Under the pieces are notes generated by a model. The model had not been told where the DNA came from. It searched no databases and saw only the letters and a list, made by a program, of their open reading frames with translations. Shown piece by piece: positions 10,837 to 20,498 of a stretch of 64,000 bases of DNA (positions are counted from its first letter, which is position 1; each line of letters begins with the position of its first letter). Source of the stretch: Acidobacteriota bacterium (GTDB taxonomy: Bacteria > Acidobacteriota > UBA6911); contig OY761556.1 in the NCBI GenBank assembly GCA_963664705.1, positions 4,512,001 through 4,576,000 of the forward strand, in the 5' to 3' direction. The translations under genes and the position numbers were made by a program.

Positions 10837-11787
10837 TTAATTTTTGGCAGTCAACACCTGCCCAGGCGGATGAAGGCAAACGGGCCAGGCCTGCTGATCC
10901 AGCGGACGCTGTCCCTCCAGATAAAACCGAAGCATGCCAACCAGTTTGGGCAGGAACGAGTGTACAGACATACGGATTGAGAGCTTTTTGAGAACGCCCA
11001 CCAGGGCCGGCTGGACCATGGGCGCCAGCCAGGGATGCAACACAACGCGCTGACGCACCGGTCTGGCCACGTACCCCATCCTGAACTTGAACTCATCCAC
11101 ACTGGGAGAAGCATCCAGCGACTGAAAAGCGTAAAACAGCAAAGAGATCCCGGGCCGGTTCACCATTGTTTGCGTTACCACGAATGTAAGCGCGTTATTC
11201 ACACGTTTTCCCAGGTATTCGTGATGGCATTGCTGCGACAGAAACTCGCAGCAGTCCCCCATTTGAAAGGTCAATAACGATGCCACCAGCCTTTCTTCCG
11301 CTATTGCTCCCCAGGCCTCAAATCCCGGGAGCCTGGCTGCCAGATTGCACCTCCGGTGCCACCTGGATTCGTCGAGATCGAGCTTTCGGCTCTGCCGATC
11401 CACAGTGTCTTTCTCAAGTGCCCAGCCCTCTTCCGCCAATCGTCGAAGGCTGATCGGCTCTACCCTGCAGTTATTCAAACCGGTTCGCACATTTTGGCGG
11501 CTGCGCCGGTCAAGAATCTCCAGGCTATATTTGGCCGCCTGATAAACGGCATGGTAGCTGATGCAACCCAGCGGGCTCTCGAGAGGTGCGGAATAGCGCA
11601 ACGCGAGCGCGCGGCTTTTCACGAGGATCTTTCCCAGTTCCTGCTCGGAGGGCTGTACAAGCCAGTGATAGGGAAAGGCCTGGTAAGCCCCGAACCCGGC
11701 GTCAAACCAGAAACTGCTGTGAGTCCGCAGTACCCGGTGGCCCTGGCATCTCAGCCATTCGGCAAAGACTTCAGCGTCCATATGCAC
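10837..11787 (-). CDS. GNAT/FemAB-like acyltransferase-fold protein
   Basis: R.NVR.G, NNAL, ..FK.RMG patterns typical of FemAB/GNAT-like EPS modifiers. Confidence 0.55.
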   Translation of the reverse strand: MHMDAEVFAEWLRCQGHRVLRTHSSFWFDAGFGAYQAFPYHWLVQPSEQELGKILVKSRALALRYSAPLESPLGCISYHAVYQAAKYSLEILDRRSRQNVRTGLNNCRVEPISLRRLAEEGWALEKDTVDRQSRKLDLDESRWHRRCNLAARLPGFEAWGAIAEERLVASLLTFQMGDCCEFLSQQCHHEYLGKRVNNALTFVVTQTMVNRPGISLLFYAFQSLDASPSVDEFKFRMGYVARPVRQRVVLHPWLAPMVQPALVGVLKKLSIRMSVHSFLPKLVGMLRFYLEGQRPLDQQAWPVCLHPPGQVLTAKN

Positions 11788-11856
11788 ACCGCTCGGGAAT
11801 AAAGGCCACCGGATTCATGGGAATGGCAATCATTGGGAAAATCGCCCAATTGCACG

Positions 11857-13962
11857 TCATTGGCTATTCCGCAGAGAAGAACCTGCGAGTTTTAGGGACC
11901 TTGGCTGGCCATACGCCATCTGCAGATCATGGAGATGTCCGGAGTTTCCTGAATACGTCAATAAGTCACAGCGAGTCACCTCTTGGGTGTGAATCCGGCT
12001 ATCTTCAGGCACATACAGGTGCACTTGACTGGGGACGGGCCATTGGTATCCCTTGATCTGGAATGGCTGGGCCATAAGCGTCCGGGCGCGCCGGAGCACG
12101 GTCTCAGCCGCCAGATCGTCCCCCAAGTCGTCGAAAAGCAAAGCAAACTCGCAGTTGCCGGTATAGGACAAAGTGTCGCTTTCTCTCGTGCAGCCTGCCA
12201 GCCGCCTGGCCACCTGTCCCAATAATTCCTGTGAGGCATGAATCCGGTTCCCGTCCACCAGGCGGCTGGAGTCCTCCAGATCGATGGTCAGCAGCGCCGG
12301 CGTTGTGTGATAGCGCCTGGCGCAGGCCAATGAATGCTGCAACCGCTCTCGAAGAAGCGTCCCGTTGGGCAACCCTGTCAGCAGATCGTGCTGCGGCAGT
12401 GAATCCACACGATGCTGCGACCACTCGAGATACTGAATGGACTCCGTGGGACGATTTTCATTCCCATAGGCCAAAAGGTCGTCCAGAAAGACAGCCTTGA
12501 TTCCGGCTCTGTCCATGAGCTCAAAGATTGCCTCTTCAAGGCCCTTCAGTACATTGGGAACCGTGTATACGATCAGTCGGACATCATGTTCCTTGATAAG
12601 CAAAGGAAGATCTCCAATCCCGCCCAACACCCGGCTGCCATGCAACTGCATGCCTTGATTGGTCGGGTCTTCCGTTGCAACGATTCCCACAATAGAAAAG
12701 GCATGACGGAAGATGTCGCGCCGGAGGAGCCAGTTGGCGACCTGAGAGGCTTCGCCATCGCCCACAATCAGGACACGCTCTCCCATCCCTCGCCTTTTTC
12801 CCGACGCCGTCATCCGACCCTGCGTAATCCATGTCAGAAGCCGGAATCGATAACGCACAAAAATAAACCCGCTCTGCGCCAACAGGCCGGTACAGAGAAT
12901 CATCCCAAATGGAAGAGGCGGGAATGCAAACCACTGGAAACTGGATTGCGCCTCATTGAGAGACAGGGCGATCAGAGTCCCTGCCCCCGCGGTAAAAAAC
13001 AAGCCAACCGCGTCTTCGGCATTGGCTCTGGACCAGATAATGCGATGCAATCCGGCCAGGTAATTGAATGCGCTGAAAATGAAAGCCAGGCAGAAGGCGA
13101 AGAGGACCACATACTTCTCCCCCCAGTTCAGAGGCCCCTGGATGCGCCAGATAAGCGTGGAAGCGGATACGGCGGCAAAAGAGCAGCAAAAATCGCATAC
13201 CAGCCAGGAAGCATAACGGTGGACGATGCGAGACAACGGCCCCGCAAACAGGTAACCCTCCGGAATTCTCACCGGGCAAAGGCGCGGAGTGAGAATCGAC
13301 AGTGTCCACAGAATGGTATCCAGGTCCGAGGTAAAAGACCGGTTGCGAACATAAAGCTGGTCCAGGCGCAGCTTGTCGGGAAGGATGTCTTTGATATATT
13401 TCCCGGTTAGATTATCGCTGGTCAGTAAATCCTCTTCACTGTGATAGAGAACGCTTGCCGGACTGGTGATCCCCGGCCTCATCGAAAGGATCTCGCGGCG
13501 AATGGAGGAAGGATAGGAATCGATGAAAACAGGGTCTTCCGGGCGAGGCCCGACAAGGCTCATGTCGCCCACAAGCACATTCCATAACTGCGGCAGTTCA
13601 TTTATTTTCGTATCTCGCAACCAGCGTCCCAGCCGGGTGATGCGCGGATCGTCCTTCGCAGTAAGCCTTGGACCGCTGTGAGTTTCGGGACGTTCATACA
13701 TGGTCCGGAACTTGAGAATCTGGAAAAGCTGCCCTCCTTTGCCCACACGAGGGCCGCGGTAAAAAACCGGACCGGGAGATTCCCGCACCACCAGCAGGCC
13801 AATGATCAACAGGAACGGGCTAAGCAAAATAAGGCCTGCCAATGAAAGCAATACGTCAAAAACCCTTTTTACCGCCTCACTCAGAGTTGAGCGAAGGGAG
13901 CAGGTATCACCCTCCTTTTGAAAACAGCCTGCCGCGAATTCGACCTGTCGCAAATCAATCAC
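11857..13962 (-). CDS. Priming sugar transferase (Bac_transf) + TM/CoA-binding-like region + C-terminal degenerate GGDEF domain
   Basis: KRVFD, KFRTM, DPRIT..GR.LR..KINELPQL.NVL.GDMSLVGPRPE, then 4 TMs, VLIVG.GEA, then HDLLTGLPN...RESD.....GNCEF. Likely GTG start at 13962. Confidence 0.88.
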   Translation of the reverse strand: MIDLRQVEFAAGCFQKEGDTCSLRSTLSEAVKRVFDVLLSLAGLILLSPFLLIIGLLVVRESPGPVFYRGPRVGKGGQLFQILKFRTMYERPETHSGPRLTAKDDPRITRLGRWLRDTKINELPQLWNVLVGDMSLVGPRPEDPVFIDSYPSSIRREILSMRPGITSPASVLYHSEEDLLTSDNLTGKYIKDILPDKLRLDQLYVRNRSFTSDLDTILWTLSILTPRLCPVRIPEGYLFAGPLSRIVHRYASWLVCDFCCSFAAVSASTLIWRIQGPLNWGEKYVVLFAFCLAFIFSAFNYLAGLHRIIWSRANAEDAVGLFFTAGAGTLIALSLNEAQSSFQWFAFPPLPFGMILCTGLLAQSGFIFVRYRFRLLTWITQGRMTASGKRRGMGERVLIVGDGEASQVANWLLRRDIFRHAFSIVGIVATEDPTNQGMQLHGSRVLGGIGDLPLLIKEHDVRLIVYTVPNVLKGLEEAIFELMDRAGIKAVFLDDLLAYGNENRPTESIQYLEWSQHRVDSLPQHDLLTGLPNGTLLRERLQHSLACARRYHTTPALLTIDLEDSSRLVDGNRIHASQELLGQVARRLAGCTRESDTLSYTGNCEFALLFDDLGDDLAAETVLRRARTLMAQPFQIKGYQWPVPSQVHLYVPEDSRIHTQEVTRCDLLTYSGNSGHLHDLQMAYGQPRSLKLAGSSLRNSQ

Positions 13963-13963
13963 T

Positions 13964-15127
13964 TTATTTGCCTTCAGCTCCCAATGCCTGGCGGATGATG
14001 GAACAGATGCCTTCAACAGCCTCTCGCGTCAGACCGGGGAACAAAGGAAGGGTGATCGCGCGCTGAGAAAAGGCAACACTCTTGGGCAGATCCTCGCCCC
14101 GAAAGGCTTCGAAGGCTTTAAACCAGGGGATATAAGGGTAATGCAGGCTGGTTTGAATCCTTGCGTCCCTGAGCGCGTGAACAACGCTATTCCGGCAGGT
14201 TGCATCAGGCGCCACCAGAACCGCAAGATGGCAGGCGCTGTCGCCCGAATAGTCGGAGAAAGCAAACCGGCAGCCGGCGATCTGATCCAATTCGTTCCTG
14301 TAGATCAGGGAGAGATCGCTGCGGCGGCGGTTGTTCCCATCAAGCTTTTCCAACTGCGCCCGACCCAGCGCAGCGTGTATCTCATCCAACCGATAGTTGT
14401 AACCGTTGGCAGTCACATCATAGCTGTACGCGTGCCCTCGATGTCGATCCCAGGAGAGAGAGGTCATGCCGTGAGAGCGAAGCTTGCGAACGGAATCTGC
14501 CAGATCCTCACGATCAGTTGTGATCATCCCTCCCTCTCCAACCGCGAGGTTCTTATTGCTGAAGAAGGAAAAACAGCCAATGTCACCAATCCGGCCAGCC
14601 ATTCTGCCGTTCGCCTTTCCTGCCGTGCACGCATAATGCGCTCCCACGGCATGGCAGGAGTCTTCCACCAGTGCAAGCTTATGCTCGCTGCAAATATCCA
14701 GGATCTCGCCCATTCTCGTCAGATAGCCGCCATAGTGCATGACAATGACGGCCCTGGTTCGCGGCGTTATCCGCAGCCGGATCTGTTCCGGATCGATCGT
14801 CGGTTCCGCAATCCCAACAATATCTCCAAACACCGGCACACACCCCGCCGCGAGGGTCATATTCGCAGCCGCTACAAAGTTGATTGCCGGTTGAATCACC
14901 TCATCCTGTCGGTTGAGACCCAGCGCAACCAGGGCAAGGTGCAGAGCGGCCGTCCCGTTTGCAACAGCAATGGCATATTTCGCACCGATCCGTGATGCAA
15001 ATTCATGCTCAAATGCCTCTACCTCCGATCCCATGGAAAGCCATCTGCTGTCGAGGACACGAAGCACCGCATCTCTTTCAGCATCGCCGTAGTCCAGATC
15101 ACTTAGTGGTATGCGCCATTCAGACAA
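13964..15127 (-). CDS. DegT/DnrJ/EryC1/StrS sugar aminotransferase
   Basis: NGTAALHLAL, MHYGG, EDSCHA, SFFSNKNL..GEGG. Probable TTG start at 15127. Confidence 0.93.
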   Translation of the reverse strand: MSEWRIPLSDLDYGDAERDAVLRVLDSRWLSMGSEVEAFEHEFASRIGAKYAIAVANGTAALHLALVALGLNRQDEVIQPAINFVAAANMTLAAGCVPVFGDIVGIAEPTIDPEQIRLRITPRTRAVIVMHYGGYLTRMGEILDICSEHKLALVEDSCHAVGAHYACTAGKANGRMAGRIGDIGCFSFFSNKNLAVGEGGMITTDREDLADSVRKLRSHGMTSLSWDRHRGHAYSYDVTANGYNYRLDEIHAALGRAQLEKLDGNNRRRSDLSLIYRNELDQIAGCRFAFSDYSGDSACHLAVLVAPDATCRNSVVHALRDARIQTSLHYPYIPWFKAFEAFRGEDLPKSVAFSQRAITLPLFPGLTREAVEGICSIIRQALGAEGK

Positions 15128-15905
15128 GTATGAAATCCTCCTTTTTCTCCGCATAGATCTCCTGGGCACGCGCATAATCGTCAGGACGGCCGATATCGAG
15201 CCAGAGGCAATCGCTCGGATAGGCGCAGACGCGTTCCCCGTGTTTGAGCAGCTTTATCACAAGGTCGGGAAAGTCCAGATAGCAGCCGGGCTCGATATAA
15301 CGAATCACTTCGGGCTCATAGACATAAATGCCCATACTGACGTTATAGCTGCTCTTCGGTTTTTCCAGATACCGTGCCACGGTAAAACCACCGTCGAACT
15401 CCAATACGCCAAGATCGATTTTTACTTCCCGCTTCTGCACGCCGATCGTTAACATTGCGCGTTGGTCCCGGTGAAAACTGACCAATTCGTGGATATTCAT
15501 GTTTGTCAGAAGATCGCCATTGAGCGCGAGGAATGTTTCATGCAGCGCAGGGATGGAAGCAAGCGATCCGGCGGTACCGGTCGGTTCATGTTCTTCAACA
15601 TAGTGCAAGGTACACCGTTCGGTCAGCGATCGACGGTGTTGCATGTAGGCCTTTATCAGCTCAGCCAAATGGCCAAGAGTGAGCGTAATATCGGTGATGC
15701 CATGCTGAACCAGGCGATAAATCAGCACTTCCAGAACGGGAATGTCGCCCAGCGGAACAAGAGGCTTGGGGAAACTGGCAGTGTACGGAGCCAGGCGGGT
15801 GCCTTTGCCGCCGGCAAGAATCACCGCACGCATTCCAGTCGCCGCACCGGAGGGCGATACTTTGCCATTCCCGGGGATTGTACTTTGTAGCGCGGTTGCA
15901 TTCAT
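15120..15905 (-). CDS. Sugar-phosphate nucleotidyltransferase
   Basis: ILAGGKGTRL.P.T...PKPL, GTAG, NGD, WLDIG; GGAGG RBS before ATG 15905. Confidence 0.93.
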   Translation of the reverse strand: MNATALQSTIPGNGKVSPSGAATGMRAVILAGGKGTRLAPYTASFPKPLVPLGDIPVLEVLIYRLVQHGITDITLTLGHLAELIKAYMQHRRSLTERCTLHYVEEHEPTGTAGSLASIPALHETFLALNGDLLTNMNIHELVSFHRDQRAMLTIGVQKREVKIDLGVLEFDGGFTVARYLEKPKSSYNVSMGIYVYEPEVIRYIEPGCYLDFPDLVIKLLKHGERVCAYPSDCLWLDIGRPDDYARAQEIYAEKKEDFILV

Positions 15906-15969
15906 GCGGTCCTCCCCTACGGTCTTATCAATTTGGGTCACAATCGCTTTCGTCAAACAGACTGCCGCC

Positions 15970-16713
15970 TCACAACCGGCGATAGAGCGCTTCGGGAATC
16001 GGGTATGCCCGCTGAGTGAGAACGGCTCCGAGAATTCGTATATTCAGGGCATCCAGATCCTGCCGCGCTTTTAGCGCGGCCGCGCGGCGCGTGGAGTTTG
16101 CGGCAATGACCAGGACAACACCATCCGCAATCCGGCCAAGCACCAGGGCTTCCGCCAGCTCATTCACCGGGGGAGCATTGAAGAGAACGTATTTGAATTG
16201 TGCGGTCAATTCCGAAAGGCGTTCTTTCAGGTGCACCGGGCTGGCGGGCACCGAATCCGAAACCGGCGGCCTTAAATCGCCGGATAGAAGCCACAGGTTG
16301 TTGCCGCGAATCAAATGGGCACCGTTTTTTGCGCCGCAGTGAGTTGTTGCAGGATTTTCGTGGCTGTCCGCGAAACTCTCTCCGAAATAATGGTCGAGTG
16401 CGGGAGAAACAGGATCCCCATTGATAAGGCAGATTTTGTCTTCGACCTGGCCGGCCAGCAACTCTCCCACCTGTGCGCATATCACGCTGCTGCAGGCATT
16501 GTGATCGACCGGGCAGAAAACAACGACATGAGGAGCGGACGAGCCTCCAAGCAGAAACAGGCGGGCTATCAATTTCAGTATTTCCGGTTGTCCGTGCCCG
16601 TTTCCATTGTGGTGCTCCGGAGCATATCCGGCCGAGCACTCCGCTGGCGATTCATGCCGGAACAGTTCAACATCTCTCCTGACCGCACGCAAAAGCTCAT
16701 AGTTTTTGCTCAT
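15970..16713 (-). CDS. CpsD/CapB-like BY-kinase domain, degenerate
   Basis: C-terminal ADGVVLV...TRR...ILGAVL..R..PIP..LY recognisable; Walker motifs altered. Confidence 0.7.
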   Translation of the reverse strand: MSKNYELLRAVRRDVELFRHESPAECSAGYAPEHHNGNGHGQPEILKLIARLFLLGGSSAPHVVVFCPVDHNACSSVICAQVGELLAGQVEDKICLINGDPVSPALDHYFGESFADSHENPATTHCGAKNGAHLIRGNNLWLLSGDLRPPVSDSVPASPVHLKERLSELTAQFKYVLFNAPPVNELAEALVLGRIADGVVLVIAANSTRRAAALKARQDLDALNIRILGAVLTQRAYPIPEALYRRL

Positions 16714-18119
16714 TGTTTACTCCCGGGTTGAGCTTGTTTCTGGAGATAGACCCCTGATCCCGAGACCGGGATGCTCAATGCAGAGGTTGATTCGCCTTGC
16801 CGCAAAGGCAGACGGAGTTCCTGACCCTCCCAGATTTCGTCCGGTGTGACGATCTGGGGATTCAGAACCAGGATTTCCTTTAAAAGATTTGGGTCCAGCC
16901 TGCGCCCCAGGTATTTTTTTGCGATTGAACCCAAAGCCTCTCCCTTCTGCACAGTCACCGAAAAGTCAGGGGCAGGACTGGAAGCCGTAGCGCTCACGGC
17001 TACCGGTACAGGCTGGGGAGCAGTCTTTGGCTCGAACAGGAAGTAGCCCGCGCTCACCAACGCCAAGGCCATGGCCAAGCCGATGCCGGCTCGATAAGGA
17101 TGACGCAGCAGGCGGGGCTTTGCGCAAAACAGGTTAATCCGCAGTCTGTCAAAGGAACAATCTGTGCCTGTTTCCTCGAGGTTGGTCCGGAGCGCCTCAC
17201 CGCAAGCCTGTTTTTCTGAAGCAAAAACCGGCTGTCTCTCGGAAAGAATCGGCTTTGAAGCCACCGGCTCCTCCGGGCTCAAAGCATCGGCGCTCCGGTG
17301 GTGAGGGAAGGGCAAGCTGAGGCGCATATCGGAAATGGTTTCCTGCATCATCGAGGCATCCACCCTTTTCGCCTGTCGGGCACAAGCCAGCGAAAGCGAA
17401 TTGAAGCATAAGCAGTTGATGAGGCGCGGAATCCCTTCCGAAGCTTCGGTGAGTTGCTCCAGGGCACCGGACCTGAACAGGAATGGGCCGCGATACCCGG
17501 ATATGCAAAGCCTGTGTTCAATGTACTCTCTGATTTCGGCCGGGTTCAGAGGAGACAACCTCGCCGCTGCGGATATCCGTTGTCGAAACTGTGCCAGATT
17601 GGATCGCTTCAGTTTCTCCTCGAGCTGGCTCTGGCCGGAAAGCAGGATCTGAATGATTTTGTGGTCCGGTCTTTCGAAATTGGAAAGGAGCCGCAATGTT
17701 TCCAGCGTTGCAGGGGTCAGATTCTGCGCCTCATCTATAACTAACACGAGCTGCTTTCCGGTCTGCGCAAACCCGGTCAGAATCTCGTTGACCTTTAAAT
17801 GCAATTCGGCCAGGTCGTGGGTATCTGTTCTATAGCCAAGATCCGCCAATAAAAAGCGAAGCAGTTCCCCCGGACCATAGCGGGTCTGAAACAGAAAAGC
17901 CGTCTGATAATCGGGCCGGAGGTTTTCCAGCAACTGAAACGCGAGGGTCGTTTTGCCGAAACCCGGCGGAGCAATCAGCGCAATGAATCCCCTTTCCGTT
18001 TTGATGCCATAGTAGAGAGTGGCCAGGGCCTCCCGGTGGGAACGGCTCCAATAAAGGTATTTCGGATCCGGGGTCGTTCCAAACGGTTGCTCTCTGAAAC
18101 CAAAAAAGCTCAAGAACAT
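16710..18119 (-). CDS. ExeA/GspA-like AAA ATPase with TM and C-terminal LysM domain
   Basis: FFGF.E.PF..TPDP, PGFGKTT, VIDEAQ, GIPRLIN; VQKGEAL.SIA..Y...NP.I..PD.I..GQ.L.LP. Confidence 0.88.
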   Translation of the reverse strand: MFLSFFGFREQPFGTTPDPKYLYWSRSHREALATLYYGIKTERGFIALIAPPGFGKTTLAFQLLENLRPDYQTAFLFQTRYGPGELLRFLLADLGYRTDTHDLAELHLKVNEILTGFAQTGKQLVLVIDEAQNLTPATLETLRLLSNFERPDHKIIQILLSGQSQLEEKLKRSNLAQFRQRISAAARLSPLNPAEIREYIEHRLCISGYRGPFLFRSGALEQLTEASEGIPRLINCLCFNSLSLACARQAKRVDASMMQETISDMRLSLPFPHHRSADALSPEEPVASKPILSERQPVFASEKQACGEALRTNLEETGTDCSFDRLRINLFCAKPRLLRHPYRAGIGLAMALALVSAGYFLFEPKTAPQPVPVAVSATASSPAPDFSVTVQKGEALGSIAKKYLGRRLDPNLLKEILVLNPQIVTPDEIWEGQELRLPLRQGESTSALSIPVSGSGVYLQKQAQPGSKQ

Positions 18120-18145
18120 AGGCGCACAATAGGTGGCAAAAACTG

Positions 18146-19735
18146 CTATCTGGGAAGGGAGGCAAGTACGGGAACGCCCAGAAGAGCTTCGACTTCATCG
18201 GCCGTTCTGAGCGAAGGATCGATATGGTCGGCGGCAAAAGCCAGACCAATGCTGCCGGCAAACGCCAGCAGCACTCCCAGAACCAAGAACAGGAAGCGGC
18301 TGGGACCGGACGGAAAAGCCGGAAGAGTTGCAGCCTCCGCAATGGTTGCGTTGACAATTCGCTTGTGGTCCAGGGCATCCGAGATTCTCGCCTCTTCCTC
18401 TTTCCTGGAATATAGAAGGTAGTTTTCCTCTGCGCTTTTTGACGCCCGGACCAGATCCTGGTATTCGATGCCTTTCCGGCCGATCTGTTGGGCATTCTGT
18501 CTGCCGGCGTTGATGCTGCCCGCAAGAGATTCCATTTTGGCCCTCAGGGTAGCCCGTTCAGCCTGAGCTTTGGCCAGCTCTTCATCCAGCCATAATCGGG
18601 TCCTGTCAAGATCGGTTGTCTCATCAACCAGTGATTTTGTTTCCGCATTGCGGATCGCTTCGCGCGTCAGTGTAATCTGATCATCCGCCTCCACGACCAG
18701 CCGGTAGCCCGGTTCAAATTTTGTGAGCAGTTCGGTTCGCTTCATTTCAAGGGTCAACAGCGTTGTCCGGAGTTGTTGTACCAGAGATGAGTTAGGAGAG
18801 GTCCTTACCTGAGTAGTGACGCGCAACGGAGTAGCCGCTGCCTGCGTTTGAAGCGCCTTTATTCGCTTATCCAGTGACGCTTCAGCAGCCCGCGCCTCCT
18901 GCAATTCGGTTTCAAGGCTATTCAACGCGCGCAATGCGTTATCCTTTTCCAAATCCAGCGAAACGATTCCCTCCTTTTTTCCAAAAGCCGCCAGCTGCGC
19001 CTCTGCTATTTCCAACTCGCTCCGGTATTGCTTTGCCTGCTGCTGGAAAAACTCCAAAGCACCCGGAGGTCGGTGCACGGAGAGATGCTTCTCAAGATAC
19101 AAGCCGGCCAGGGTTCTCAAAACAAACATGGATCGCCGCGGGTCGGTTGCCCGGTAGCGCACGTCAATCAAGTGTGACTTGCTGATCGGCTCGACGGTGA
19201 GATTCTGTGCCAGGTCGCGCACGGCCTCGGGGACGCGCATATCTCGCGAATCTCCGTCATTTTCTCCGGGCATCCATCTCGTCAAGCCGGCAGGGAGAGA
19301 AAACCCGCCTGGAAGCCTGTGCAGCCCGCATGTAATGACGACCTTCTCAAGAAGATCGCTGCTTTTAAGCAACTCAACTTCTGAATTGAGATCCTCCTGC
19401 GTAACATCCGAAAGGCTGAGGTCGCGCACATTCGCGCCAGGGGCGAGCACCATATTTGCCCGTTCATGCTTCACCAGGATCTTCATGTCGGACTCGTACT
19501 GTCTTGGCATAAGGAACGTCACGAGGCAAATAATGGCCAATATGAAAGAAAACGACAGGACAACCAGCCGCAGATGGCGAAACAAAACAGCGAGCAAGTC
19601 GCGCATCGTGACCGGTCGCGTTCTGAAATCCGACGGAATGCCCGGAATGCGCCCGCCAGGCAATGGCATCCCCTCATATTGATTGGCTTGAACAGCCGTA
19701 CCGTGAATCGATGGCCGAGAGATCGATTCTTCCAT
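18146..19735 (-). CDS. Wzz/GumC polysaccharide co-polymerase (chain-length determinant)
   Basis: Two TMs flanking a coiled coil; C-terminal D....T..EVE..LG.PVL..LP. Confidence 0.88.
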   Translation of the reverse strand: MEESISRPSIHGTAVQANQYEGMPLPGGRIPGIPSDFRTRPVTMRDLLAVLFRHLRLVVLSFSFILAIICLVTFLMPRQYESDMKILVKHERANMVLAPGANVRDLSLSDVTQEDLNSEVELLKSSDLLEKVVITCGLHRLPGGFSLPAGLTRWMPGENDGDSRDMRVPEAVRDLAQNLTVEPISKSHLIDVRYRATDPRRSMFVLRTLAGLYLEKHLSVHRPPGALEFFQQQAKQYRSELEIAEAQLAAFGKKEGIVSLDLEKDNALRALNSLETELQEARAAEASLDKRIKALQTQAAATPLRVTTQVRTSPNSSLVQQLRTTLLTLEMKRTELLTKFEPGYRLVVEADDQITLTREAIRNAETKSLVDETTDLDRTRLWLDEELAKAQAERATLRAKMESLAGSINAGRQNAQQIGRKGIEYQDLVRASKSAEENYLLYSRKEEEARISDALDHKRIVNATIAEAATLPAFPSGPSRFLFLVLGVLLAFAGSIGLAFAADHIDPSLRTADEVEALLGVPVLASLPR

Positions 19736-19805
19736 AAGTTTCTCCTTGGGTGTTATCCGTTAGGCAATGAAGGCGGCTGGAGGAGACAATAGCCGGGCAG
19801 CCAAC

Positions 19806-20498
19806 TCAACGAGGCAAATAGGAGCCAATGGACATCGACGGAATAAATCGCTGTATCTTGGAGATGGTGTTTTGCGGTATGTAAATCATATCGCCGGGAC
19901 GAAGGTGCACATCTTCCTTTAAATTCCCTGAAGTCAGCATAGCTTTCACATCCAACAGTTTCTGTTCAGTCCATTCATCCGAAATCCGGTGCCAAAGAAG
20001 AACCTGGGAGTGCCGGGAGCTTTCCTTGAAACCGCCGGCTATCTGGACTGCCTGAGTCACGGTTGTATCGCCGCGAAGATCATACTTTCCCGGACGGCCC
20101 ACTTCCCCGCCGGCAATGAAGTAGGGCTTCTCAAAATCCTTGAGCTGAACAGTTACAACAGGATCATGAAGAATACCGGAATAGAGCTTTTTTAGCGCTT
20201 CCGTCAATTCCGGCGTGGTCTTCCCTGCAGCGCGCAAATCCGGCAACTCACGAAGATTTATAAAGCCATCCGGCTGGATTGTTACGGCCTGATTGAACTC
20301 CGGCGTAAGCCGGAAGGTAATCTCGATGGCATCCCCGATCTGCAGCCTATATCGCATATCATGCGGCCAGAGGACGGGCTCAGCAGCTTTTGAGGATTGC
20401 TCCTGTGCCAGGCTCCTTCCCGTCGGCAGAGAACAAGCCAGGAGGAAAAGAAACACAAGCCCGACGGTTGTTGGAACTTTTTTGAGTTTCATGAGCAA
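19806..20498 (-). CDS. Polysaccharide export protein (Poly_export + SLBB, Wza-like)
   Basis: YRL..GD, V.IQPDG.I, GEV.RPG.Y, A...AGGF, L.PGD.I.IP. Confidence 0.9.
   Translation of the reverse strand: MLMKLKKVPTTVGLVFLFLLACSLPTGRSLAQEQSSKAAEPVLWPHDMRYRLQIGDAIEITFRLTPEFNQAVTIQPDGFINLRELPDLRAAGKTTPELTEALKKLYSGILHDPVVTVQLKDFEKPYFIAGGEVGRPGKYDLRGDTTVTQAVQIAGGFKESSRHSQVLLWHRISDEWTEQKLLDVKAMLTSGNLKEDVHLRPGDMIYIPQNTISKIQRFIPSMSIGSYLPR

Noticed and set aside
12412-14995. Long plus-strand ORFs (332 aa, 284 aa)
   Set aside because: Antisense to well-supported EPS genes, with no recognisable motifs.
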